Source of the DNA: Candidatus Thorarchaeota archaeon
GTDB taxonomy: Archaea; Asgardarchaeota; Thorarchaeia; Thorarchaeales; Thorarchaeaceae
Assembly: GCA_016839445.1 (NCBI GenBank)
Contig: JAEOUG010000142.1
Span: 1 to 23,812, forward strand
DNA: 23,812 nt
Direction of reading: 5' to 3'
Part shown: positions 7,632 to 15,282 of the stretch, in pieces
Position numbering within the stretch: position 1 is the first letter of the stretch
Layout: each line of letters begins with the position of its first letter
The notes under the pieces: model-generated
The model's database searches: none
What the model saw: the letters and a program-made list of their open reading frames with translations, nothing else
What the model was told of the DNA's origin: nothing
Translations under genes and position numbers: made by a program

Positions 7632-10292
7632 ATGATAGTTGTCGAAGACATTGATGCCAATGAGATTCATCGCTTTCTCGTTGTGGATTCTTCCATTCGA
7701 CTTGGCATCGTCAGAGCAGGCGCCTCTTTGCGCACTTTCGATCCGGATCGTGCACTAGCCTATCACTCCATGGTTGAGAACCAGATTCACGACTTCTCCA
7801 CCAAGTACTCAGGAGCCTTCAAGTTCATTCCCAGAAGAGCCTATGACTACTTGAAGGAACCAGAACTACTGAGTGATCTTCATTCTGGGGTGACGGATGT
7901 CTCCTGTTCGAGCTGGCTTGCGGACTTGTTTGTAGCCGCACCCCTTGTCCACTTGGGTGGAAGCCACTTGCCAGAGGGGCAGAAGGATGCTAATGCTCAA
8001 TCAGTGTACAGATGGAGCAATTTCCCCCCGCACAGCACAAGGTTCTATAATCTACAGGACATGAGGCTCGGCAGACGAACACCCACAGGATGGGGAGCAC
8101 TACTTGCAGCAGCCGACCTCAAGGACTCTCTGCACGGACCAAACCGCAACGACTTGCTGACTCACCTGAAAGCGAAAAGACCCGTATTCATTGAGCTTGA
8201 TGCAAGAGAGGATATCGAACCTCTTCTTGCGTGGATTGTGCTTCTGAAGGAGGCAGGTCTTGGAATTCCAAAACTAGCTCTCTCTGTTAGAGAACACAAG
8301 AGCTGGTCGAAGGAAATCACCCGCCTCATGGAGATCCCGAGCAGCAAGGTCCTGACGTCAGGGGCTACAATATCATCGCTGGCATCGCTCGTGAGGACTG
8401 CAAACAGCGAAGACGGCAAGGGATCATGGTCAAGAAGACTGATGTTCTCTTCCTCGTACCCGGAAACTCATTTGGGAGATAGCGTTTCAGAGGTCATCAG
8501 CTACTTCCTAAGCAGGAATATTGGCGCCGAGCCAAGCCAGGTTCAGAGGGTGCTGGGAGGCAACATGCTGTCTCTACTGCCTCCTCGACCTCCACACCTC
8601 ACCTACACTGAGAACACTAGCTCGGTGATGGCGGAAGAGAACCTTGGCAGGTCAGCTATGAACGAGCTCGTCAGAATCCTGCAGATCCTGCGTGCAAGGA
8701 AGGTCCTGACAGCCAACTCGGTGGACTTCATGGTTGAGGATGATGGGGGCAGCGTGTTTCTGGACGGTGCAATTCTGACAGCAATGGACCCGGCAACAGA
8801 GAGGGCTACGAGCATCTCGATTCTAGTGGACAGGAATGGCTCGGTCATGGTTTCAGGGTGGAGAAAGGCATTCACAGATACGCTGATTGAGAGAGACGCT
8901 CTTTTGCTTCAGACTCTCGCTCGCGCAAACGCCCGACTTGATGGTCCGATCTTTGGCTCGCCGGCCCACCTCACGCGATTCGATGAGGAACTCCTGAGAT
9001 GTCTTCAAGTGAAAAGCCCCAGGGAAATAATGTCTGCCCTTCATTTCGGCGTGGAAGTGGCCAAGACAGATCCTGGTGTTTACCTCATGTGTCCCGAAGA
9101 CATGGAGGCCCTTGAGGTCGAGTCAGGCCAGTATGTGCTCGCGTTGGATACAAGAACAGGACAATGGTTCCCGGCTGTGGCCAAAGCTCACAGCAGGTGT
9201 AATGAACGCAGTGTTGTAGTTTCTGAGAGCGATGCACAAGTGTTTGGTCTGAAAAACTCGTCTGTAGTCAATGTAGTCAGGTTCGACGGCGAGATTGCTG
9301 ATCTGACAAGTCTCGTTCTCGCATGCAGCTCTTCATCTCTTGGTAGTGGACAAGAGCTGTATTCGTACCTCCAACTGCATGGCGAAGAGATGCGTAGCCT
9401 GATTGATGGAAGACTAGTCAGTGTCGACTCGAGTCTCTTTGTGGACCGCAAAGGCCGCAGGGTCACGCTTAGAGTCGCCGGCACAACTCCGAGACTGGAA
9501 GCAGGTCATGTAGGAAGAGCCAGTTCATCGGACGTGAAGTTTCGACCGGTTCAGAGTTTCTCCGACATCAACGTGCTTCTCTGCCTTTCATCTGCAAAGG
9601 ATATGCTTTCAAGGGATGTCACTCTCGAAACTCTCAACGCCGCCAAGAGGGAACTCGCTGACTTCAGCACAGGTCTTCCGGAGCTGCAGAGCTTCATCGA
9701 GAGTCTTAGCAAGACTAGCTCACGAGCAGAGATTAGCGCTCTTGCGACCCTGTTAGCCTTCAACCTCTTCAACCACAATCAATCCGACGGGAGATTCGGT
9801 GTTGTCACGTTTGGGGAAGAGGTCGACAAGTTCAGCATCCAACATGGCGACCAGATCCAAACCTATATCGAGTTCTCCAAGGACATCCAGTCACAGGAAG
9901 TAGCTGCCGCCCTGACCTATTCGATTCTTGACAACCTGAGGAACCCTTCAGGTAGAGAGAACATGGCCTTGGCATACAGAGCTGCTGCCGAGTACCTCGA
10001 GGACTTCGGCTCGGACCGTCCCACTCTCGTCATCATGTTCTCGAATGGTATCGGCAACTATGATGAGGACCACCTGCCCTTTCTGGAGGCACTTGCCAAG
10101 CATGAGAGATGCCGCCTGGAACTCTTCATGATGGGGGCCGAACCGAAAACACGGCAGGCGATGAGACTGCTAAAGGGCATAAACGCAGATGTCATCAGTA
10201 CCAGGAGATTCTCGTCACTGAAGTTCGTAGGGCACCTACTTGATGCAATTGAGAGCTTGGTACCTACCTCTAGAGCCCGCTCCGAATCCTGA
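7632..10292 (+). CDS. Fusion protein: pseudo-amidohydrolase + Cdc48N-like + MIDAS-less vWA
   Basis: aa 1-~470 align with the 6008-7501 product (PHSTRF/PHSSRL, WSRRLMFSSSY/WSDRIMFGTDF, VLGGNM/ILGGNA). aa ~473-886 align with the 4658-5950 product (SRAEISALA/SRAEAAAMA, GVVTFGEEV/GVITFEKEV, FGSDRPTLVIMFSNG/FGDPDKPTMLILLTDG). Confidence 0.85.
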   Translation: MIVVEDIDANEIHRFLVVDSSIRLGIVRAGASLRTFDPDRALAYHSMVENQIHDFSTKYSGAFKFIPRRAYDYLKEPELLSDLHSGVTDVSCSSWLADLFVAAPLVHLGGSHLPEGQKDANAQSVYRWSNFPPHSTRFYNLQDMRLGRRTPTGWGALLAAADLKDSLHGPNRNDLLTHLKAKRPVFIELDAREDIEPLLAWIVLLKEAGLGIPKLALSVREHKSWSKEITRLMEIPSSKVLTSGATISSLASLVRTANSEDGKGSWSRRLMFSSSYPETHLGDSVSEVISYFLSRNIGAEPSQVQRVLGGNMLSLLPPRPPHLTYTENTSSVMAEENLGRSAMNELVRILQILRARKVLTANSVDFMVEDDGGSVFLDGAILTAMDPATERATSISILVDRNGSVMVSGWRKAFTDTLIERDALLLQTLARANARLDGPIFGSPAHLTRFDEELLRCLQVKSPREIMSALHFGVEVAKTDPGVYLMCPEDMEALEVESGQYVLALDTRTGQWFPAVAKAHSRCNERSVVVSESDAQVFGLKNSSVVNVVRFDGEIADLTSLVLACSSSSLGSGQELYSYLQLHGEEMRSLIDGRLVSVDSSLFVDRKGRRVTLRVAGTTPRLEAGHVGRASSSDVKFRPVQSFSDINVLLCLSSAKDMLSRDVTLETLNAAKRELADFSTGLPELQSFIESLSKTSSRAEISALATLLAFNLFNHNQSDGRFGVVTFGEEVDKFSIQHGDQIQTYIEFSKDIQSQEVAAALTYSILDNLRNPSGRENMALAYRAAAEYLEDFGSDRPTLVIMFSNGIGNYDEDHLPFLEALAKHERCRLELFMMGAEPKTRQAMRLLKGINADVISTRRFSSLKFVGHLLDAIESLVPTSRARSES

Positions 10293-10530
10293 ACCTCATC
10301 GATTCAATCTCCGAGACCTGCCCCTCGACTCTCGTCAGACGAATCTCAACTTGGTCAATGGTTTCCCTGAGAGAACTCAGCCGCATTGTGATCTCTTGTA
10401 TGCCGCCAGTATGATCATCGGTGGCCAGTTGCTGAATCTCGCTCCACATCTGCTCAAGCAGGCTCAGCCCTTTCTCTATCTCCTTCAGGGTCTCTGTAAG
10501 GCTCCTCGTTTCTTCTGCCATCACTATCAT
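10270..10530 (-). CDS. Small coiled-coil protein
   Basis: Two heptad-rich helices; start overlaps the upstream stop (ATG at 10530, alternative ATG at 10521); 3' end overlaps the convergent 886-aa gene by 23 nt. Confidence 0.7.
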   Translation of the reverse strand: MIVMAEETRSLTETLKEIEKGLSLLEQMWSEIQQLATDDHTGGIQEITMRLSSLRETIDQVEIRLTRVEGQVSEIESMRFRIRSGL

Positions 10531-11672
10531 CCCATGTTTTTGGTCAACCTCGACAGCCGCTCCTCCAACATCTTCAGACGGCTGGTCAGATCTTCGAGTC
10601 GTTCCTGCGTTTCGTTGAATCTGTGTACGATTTGAGCTGCCGCCTGATCGTTCGGCTGGCCCACACTACCAGATGACTTCTGACGGTTCTCGAGAGCTGC
10701 AAGCCGCCTCTGAATGTCATCTACAGGGATGGCTCTCAGTCGAGAGGCAAGACTCGCCACGTCGTCTTCCAACTTGGTGCGTGCTTTGCCACCTTCCTCC
10801 ACTCGTGGCTTCAATGGTTTGTTGGCCCTCTCAATGGTCACCTCAGGAGTAGCCTCGTCCATCTTTGTTTCCTTATCAAATGATGCCCAAAGAGGAGCCA
10901 GATAGTGGGCAATCAATCTGTCGAATTCTACATTCGAGGTGTAGGCAAAGGTCACCGTTTCCGCGGGACCATCCCACAAACAAAGAACGGCTGTTTCGGC
11001 ACTACTCAAGAGTAAAGAGGCAACAGGTGTACGCATGTCCTTGAAGACACGGAGGGCGGTCAGCCACCGAGCGAGCAAGGGGGCAAGATCTTCGAGTACA
11101 ATGACTTGGCCATCCTTCTCGATTCTGCCATCTCCAAGACTCTGTATCCACTTCGTGAACTTGGTCTTCTTGTCCGGGATTGCCAGGCTTAGAAAGCCCT
11201 CCAGTTTGCCTTCGATTCGGTCCTTCCTCATCTGTTCCAGATAGTCGAGCTGAATCTCTGTGCTGCTCGTGAATGCACCTTTTCCCAGTAGAATGGCAGC
11301 CGGTGCCACGATATCTCGTTTCGTAGTGGACACTCCTATAGCTACTGGTGTGTCCTGCCCCTTCCACGTTTCTGTTCCTACGATAGCGGCAATCCGAGAG
11401 TTCGCAGGTGGTGCTCCACCAATCATGAAGACGCCACGAGAGAATTGACTTCCCACCTTCTTGTCTGAGAGAAGCCGGACAAGACGGTCAGTGGGAATAG
11501 ACAAGTTGAGCCGAACATCTGATTCGTTCAAGACGGCGGCGTTCGAGCTTAGAAGGATGTTCTCCTCCAGCCATCCTGTTTCTAGGAACCCTGATGGAAC
11601 CCTCGTGACAATGAAGCTTGAAACGAGGCCCCGCCTTTCCAGGGTCCTAAGGGTGTTCTCAAGATTCGTCAC
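10527..11672 (-). CDS. Hypothetical alpha/beta protein with C-terminal coiled coil
   Basis: 381-aa ORF whose GTG abuts the upstream TAG; C-terminal heptads 'LEDDVASLASRL', 'RLEDLTSRLKMLEERLSRL'. Confidence 0.75.
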   Translation of the reverse strand: MTNLENTLRTLERRGLVSSFIVTRVPSGFLETGWLEENILLSSNAAVLNESDVRLNLSIPTDRLVRLLSDKKVGSQFSRGVFMIGGAPPANSRIAAIVGTETWKGQDTPVAIGVSTTKRDIVAPAAILLGKGAFTSSTEIQLDYLEQMRKDRIEGKLEGFLSLAIPDKKTKFTKWIQSLGDGRIEKDGQVIVLEDLAPLLARWLTALRVFKDMRTPVASLLLSSAETAVLCLWDGPAETVTFAYTSNVEFDRLIAHYLAPLWASFDKETKMDEATPEVTIERANKPLKPRVEEGGKARTKLEDDVASLASRLRAIPVDDIQRRLAALENRQKSSGSVGQPNDQAAAQIVHRFNETQERLEDLTSRLKMLEERLSRLTKNMG

Positions 11673-12797
11673 CTAACCACCTCGGGCCGTCCGATTGCTG
11701 AGGCTGTATACTGCATTACTTATGTCTTCGTTACTATCAATCTTTAGCAGGATGCCTTGTACTTGCTCAGCCATTGCCTCAAGGATATCGGATTGAACTC
11801 CAGTGCCACAGTACAAGAAGAAGAATGTCGTATCCGAGAGCCCCTGACCCCTTCTGATGGTCTTGACAGGATTTGGCCCTGAGCTAAATACTCCGCTTGA
11901 GAGGACGACCACTGCAATCGGCAATCTGTTCTCTGCCCGAATCCTCTCGGCGATTCGAACAGCATCAGATACTGCATCTCCCAGATTTGATGTGCTTCGC
12001 TTGCTGTGTGCAAGCAATTCCTCAACCCAGTTGCTATAGGCGGCAATCACAGAGGCGGACTCCAGAAATGAGACCTCACTTGGTTCGCCCGTTTCTGAGT
12101 CAAATGTAGAGAATGTGTGAACCTCTTCTGAAAAGCCCAGTCCGGAGAACTTGGCTCCGCCTCCAAGCCCACTGAAGGACTCGCCAAGCAAATCCAGGAA
12201 GTGCAAGTAGTTGGAGTATCTGGGTGCTGCCTCTGCTCCACCACAGTCCTCGATGTGAGAAGAACCCCCAAGTTCGCTGACTACAACAAGATTGGAGGGA
12301 GTGATTCCAGCCTGGGGAACCAAGCGGATGCTCTCAAGTTGCTTCCATAGCACGCGCCCTGGAGATCTTGGTCGAACCTCAACAACTGAGAAAGCCAGAT
12401 CGAGACGGGTCACCACAAGATTGTCGCCAGCAGCGAGAATGAGACCCTCGAAGTCTTCTCGGAGATCATTGACTCTCTTTGAAATGGCATCGGCCACCTT
12501 CATGTTGTCAAGCCCCCGTGTCGACCGCAAGCTCATCACTAATTGCGACATGTCATGAAGGGTATCTTCGTAGATGGAGAGGACCACTTCGTCATTCTCG
12601 TTGAGAGCAAGTCTGTCGAAGAGCCGAGAATCGATGACAACCGAACCTTCAGGAACGCGCGAGTCACTTCTGACATCAGCAAGGCATCGAAGGGGTCCTG
12701 CTTCGATTGCGCACACCTTGCGGTCAAGCTGCGAGTGTGAACTCGAAACGAAACAGATGCCCTTCTGATTGCGTCCCCGCCTTGCGTGCAGAACCAT
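11673..12797 (-). CDS. Cdc48N-like + degenerate vWA protein (paralogue of 4658-5950)
   Basis: EGSVVIDSRLFDRLALNENDEVVLSIYED vs QDQIVIDTLVLEASLLMEGDEVEVTLFDE; FSTFDSETGE vs MTFLDSESGE; VVLSSGVFSSGPNPVK vs ILLTDGMTTSGPPPLK. DxSxS is replaced by ELGGS. ATG at 12797 follows AGGTG. Confidence 0.8.
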   Translation of the reverse strand: MVLHARRGRNQKGICFVSSSHSQLDRKVCAIEAGPLRCLADVRSDSRVPEGSVVIDSRLFDRLALNENDEVVLSIYEDTLHDMSQLVMSLRSTRGLDNMKVADAISKRVNDLREDFEGLILAAGDNLVVTRLDLAFSVVEVRPRSPGRVLWKQLESIRLVPQAGITPSNLVVVSELGGSSHIEDCGGAEAAPRYSNYLHFLDLLGESFSGLGGGAKFSGLGFSEEVHTFSTFDSETGEPSEVSFLESASVIAAYSNWVEELLAHSKRSTSNLGDAVSDAVRIAERIRAENRLPIAVVVLSSGVFSSGPNPVKTIRRGQGLSDTTFFFLYCGTGVQSDILEAMAEQVQGILLKIDSNEDISNAVYSLSNRTARGG

Positions 12798-12807
12798 CTG
12801 TATACAC

Positions 12808-13920
12808 CTAGAAGATTCGTGTCTGATAGATGCCTGATGCCAGAGAGCGAGAACCATAGTAGACTTCGATTCGCATGGTTGCCTTGCCCTTTGTGTCTGT
12901 CATGGGCACTAGTTTGAGGCTCAGTGTCTGATTGGACTTCCCTCCAATCTCATGGCGCTCATTTGTGACTTCAGATACACCTTCATCCGTAACCAGAGAA
13001 GCGATTACTCGGATCCCAATGACTGTAGGACTTGGGTTTCGCACGTTGATTTGGTAGTTGAACGCCTTGCCGGAAACAATATTGTTCGGCACTTGACCGA
13101 GTTCCACTTCGAGGCCCATTGATGATGGACTAATCGGTCGCCCCTTCGGCCATCTCGGAATGTGACCGAGCTCGAGTAGTCGTGACAGTGATGTCTTCAG
13201 GTCTCGAAGATCCATCTTCAGAGATGCAGCGGCTTCTGCCATGTCGAATGAGCCATCATTCGCCTGATAGAAGGACAGGACCTTCCTATCTCCGATGATT
13301 AGATCTCCAACGTCCTCCAGAATCTCAAGAATTGCCTTCGGAAGCTCTCCCGCCTCCAGAAGAGTGTAGTACTTGCCTCCGTCGACGGCCCCAGCAATCT
13401 TTCTGAATGAGTCTTCAACCAATGGATTGCAGCCACACACGAAGATGAATACAGTAGAGCCGAAGTCCCTTCTTAGTTCTTTGACCTCCTCAATGGGGTC
13501 GTAGCCGCTTGGACAGCCGTTAGGGAAGTAGTCGTCAGATATCTGGTTATATTGCCGCCCATGCGGAGGAGCATCGCCAACTAGCAGAACTACCTTGTAG
13601 GAGTCAGCATCCCATGACAGCTTCACACGGGCATCGTGGAGGCCATCAGCTACCGCCTCTGGAGTGTCGCCACCTTCGGACGGCTTCAACTCTGCAATGC
13701 GCTTCTGTACTCTCTTCACTTTGTTGTCGAAGTCGGCAACCTGAGTTACGTATGTCTTGTCTTGTGGGGGGTGGTCCCTGTATGACACAACGCCAAAACG
13801 AATCTCTAGGTCACTTGTCCTCTTGGTCACCTGCTGAACTATGTCGAATAGACTGTCTTTGACTGCACGAATGTCATCCTTCATGGAACCAGTTGTGTCT
13901 ACGACAAATGCCACATCCAT
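12808..13920 (-). CDS. vWA (intact MIDAS) + winged helix + Ig-like/CARDB-like domain protein
   Basis: 'DVAFVVDTTGSM', 'GVVSYRDHPPQD', 'GGDTPEAVADGL', 'LSW', 'LVGDAPPHG'; wHTH 'FDMAEAAASLKMDLRDLKTSLSRLLELGHI'; beta-rich C-terminus 'FNYQINVRNPS...GKATMRIEVYY'. Start ATG 13920, or CTG 13935. Confidence 0.85.
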   Translation of the reverse strand: MDVAFVVDTTGSMKDDIRAVKDSLFDIVQQVTKRTSDLEIRFGVVSYRDHPPQDKTYVTQVADFDNKVKRVQKRIAELKPSEGGDTPEAVADGLHDARVKLSWDADSYKVVLLVGDAPPHGRQYNQISDDYFPNGCPSGYDPIEEVKELRRDFGSTVFIFVCGCNPLVEDSFRKIAGAVDGGKYYTLLEAGELPKAILEILEDVGDLIIGDRKVLSFYQANDGSFDMAEAAASLKMDLRDLKTSLSRLLELGHIPRWPKGRPISPSSMGLEVELGQVPNNIVSGKAFNYQINVRNPSPTVIGIRVIASLVTDEGVSEVTNERHEIGGKSNQTLSLKLVPMTDTKGKATMRIEVYYGSRSLASGIYQTRIF

Positions 13921-14037
13921 CTTCGTAAGGGGCAGTCCTATCCACTCCAGCTCCAGCAACCCCCCAGCGCAATTAAGCGTTTGCCGGTCGGCCGCAGAAC
14001 ACAGCACATTTTAGGATAGACTCTTCGAAGATGAAAC

Positions 14038-14427
14038 ATGGTCGACCTAAGTGACACGGATGTCTACCTTACGTTCCGCTTCGAGGATGGCACCGAACTC
14101 AAGGGAACCATCAATAGAATACACGCACCGCTGCTGGTGGAGGAGATCAAGTCCAGGCTTCCCATAGGTGGTAAGGCAACCTTCCTCAGAGGGGAGATGA
14201 AGATAACGCTCGATATCGGCAAAGGATACGCCAAGCCCACATCACAAGCGAAGAGGGGGGACATCGCCTACATGCCACTCGGAGACTCTCTGTGCATATA
14301 CCTGGAGGACATGACTACCTTCTCGAAGATCAACATTCTTGGCAGGGTGATATCAGATGATGCAGAACTGGATAGCATATCATCAGTTCGAAGAGGGAGC
14401 GGCGTCACGATTGAAGAGTCCAAGTAG
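14038..14427 (+). CDS. Cyclophilin-like fold protein (TM1367/DUF369-like)
   Basis: 'APLLVEEIKSRLPI', 'GDIAYMPLGDSLCIY', 'INILGRV'. Confidence 0.78.
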   Translation: MVDLSDTDVYLTFRFEDGTELKGTINRIHAPLLVEEIKSRLPIGGKATFLRGEMKITLDIGKGYAKPTSQAKRGDIAYMPLGDSLCIYLEDMTTFSKINILGRVISDDAELDSISSVRRGSGVTIEESK

Positions 14428-14438
14428 GAGAACAGAAC

Positions 14439-14990
14439 TCAGAGCCGCCGAAGATTCTTGAGTAGGTTCTCATTCGGATCTGACTCGATTTCAGCAGGGT
14501 CCACAACCAACCCGGCTTCGTGTGTTTCAATGAGTACCTCTATCCCAGAGTGCTCCACTTTCTTGATTCCTGTTCCTGACAGAGCCCTGATCCGGAGTTG
14601 CGTGGTGGCAAACTCAGTCTTGTCAGCGGTCTCGATTGTCTTCACATCCCTGCGCAGCTTTGTCCGGGCAATCCTCAGTTGCTCTTTCAACTCGGCAACT
14701 TGCACTTGCAGTGCCTTCCTCTGTTCGCTCTCATCACCGAGCTGGCCGCGCAGCTGATCGAACTCAGTCTTTGGGACCTGTTCTTTCGACCTATCAATCC
14801 AAGTGACAGTTGTGCCGTCAAACTTCCGAGTCGTCTCGACCTGATCAAGAGCTTTCAACACGGCAATAATATCATACACGCGCCTCTTCGGGCTATCCAA
14901 CGTGGCCGCGAGGTCCTCGCTTTTGATACCCTCTTCCCCACAATCCTGGAGAATCTTCAAAGCCTCCCGAGCAAGATTGACCAGCTTCAA
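14439..14990 (-). CDS. E2F/DP-family-like transcription factor (wHTH + coiled coil + marked-box-like segment)
   Basis: 'LAATLDSPKRRVYDIIAVLKAL...TVTWI' carries the RRxYD signature (14871-14888), followed by a coiled coil and 'FATTQLRIRALSGTGI'. Confidence 0.82.
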   Translation of the reverse strand: MKLVNLAREALKILQDCGEEGIKSEDLAATLDSPKRRVYDIIAVLKALDQVETTRKFDGTTVTWIDRSKEQVPKTEFDQLRGQLGDESEQRKALQVQVAELKEQLRIARTKLRRDVKTIETADKTEFATTQLRIRALSGTGIKKVEHSGIEVLIETHEAGLVVDPAEIESDPNENLLKNLRRL

Positions 14991-15282
14991 CTGTGCACCC
15001 CACTATGTGCTTGGCGGCGGGCTCCGAAGAGCACATTCCCATCTCTAATGATGCACCGCGCATTTAGGTGTTTGTATCATACTTCTAAAGACTTCTAGTA
15101 AATCTCTCCGATTTCGAAAAAACGACAAAGGACATGATTACGAATAATCGTAGCTCCGATTTATCGTGGTGAGGACCACATTTGCTCTCGTAGAACACTC
15201 AGTGACTAGACCAAAGATTTCTTAACTTGCCCTAGGGGTCCGACCTCACATCTCAACACACCCCCCGGGAGTGGAGACCACG

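Noticed and set aside
7632-10292. Fusion gene as an assembly artefact or recent inverted repeat
   Set aside because: Similarity to the opposite-strand genes is visible only at the protein-motif level and is highly diverged; the frame is intact.
4658-13920. Sec23/24, Rpn10, Ku or MoxR-chelatase identity for the vWA genes
   Set aside because: No Sec23 zinc finger or gelsolin domain, no UIMs, no Ku core, and no Walker A/B AAA+ gene in the cluster.
15011-15065. E2F-like sites (TTGGCGG, CCGCGC) upstream of the E2F-like gene
   Set aside because: Only partial matches to TTTSSCGC, expected by chance at this GC content.
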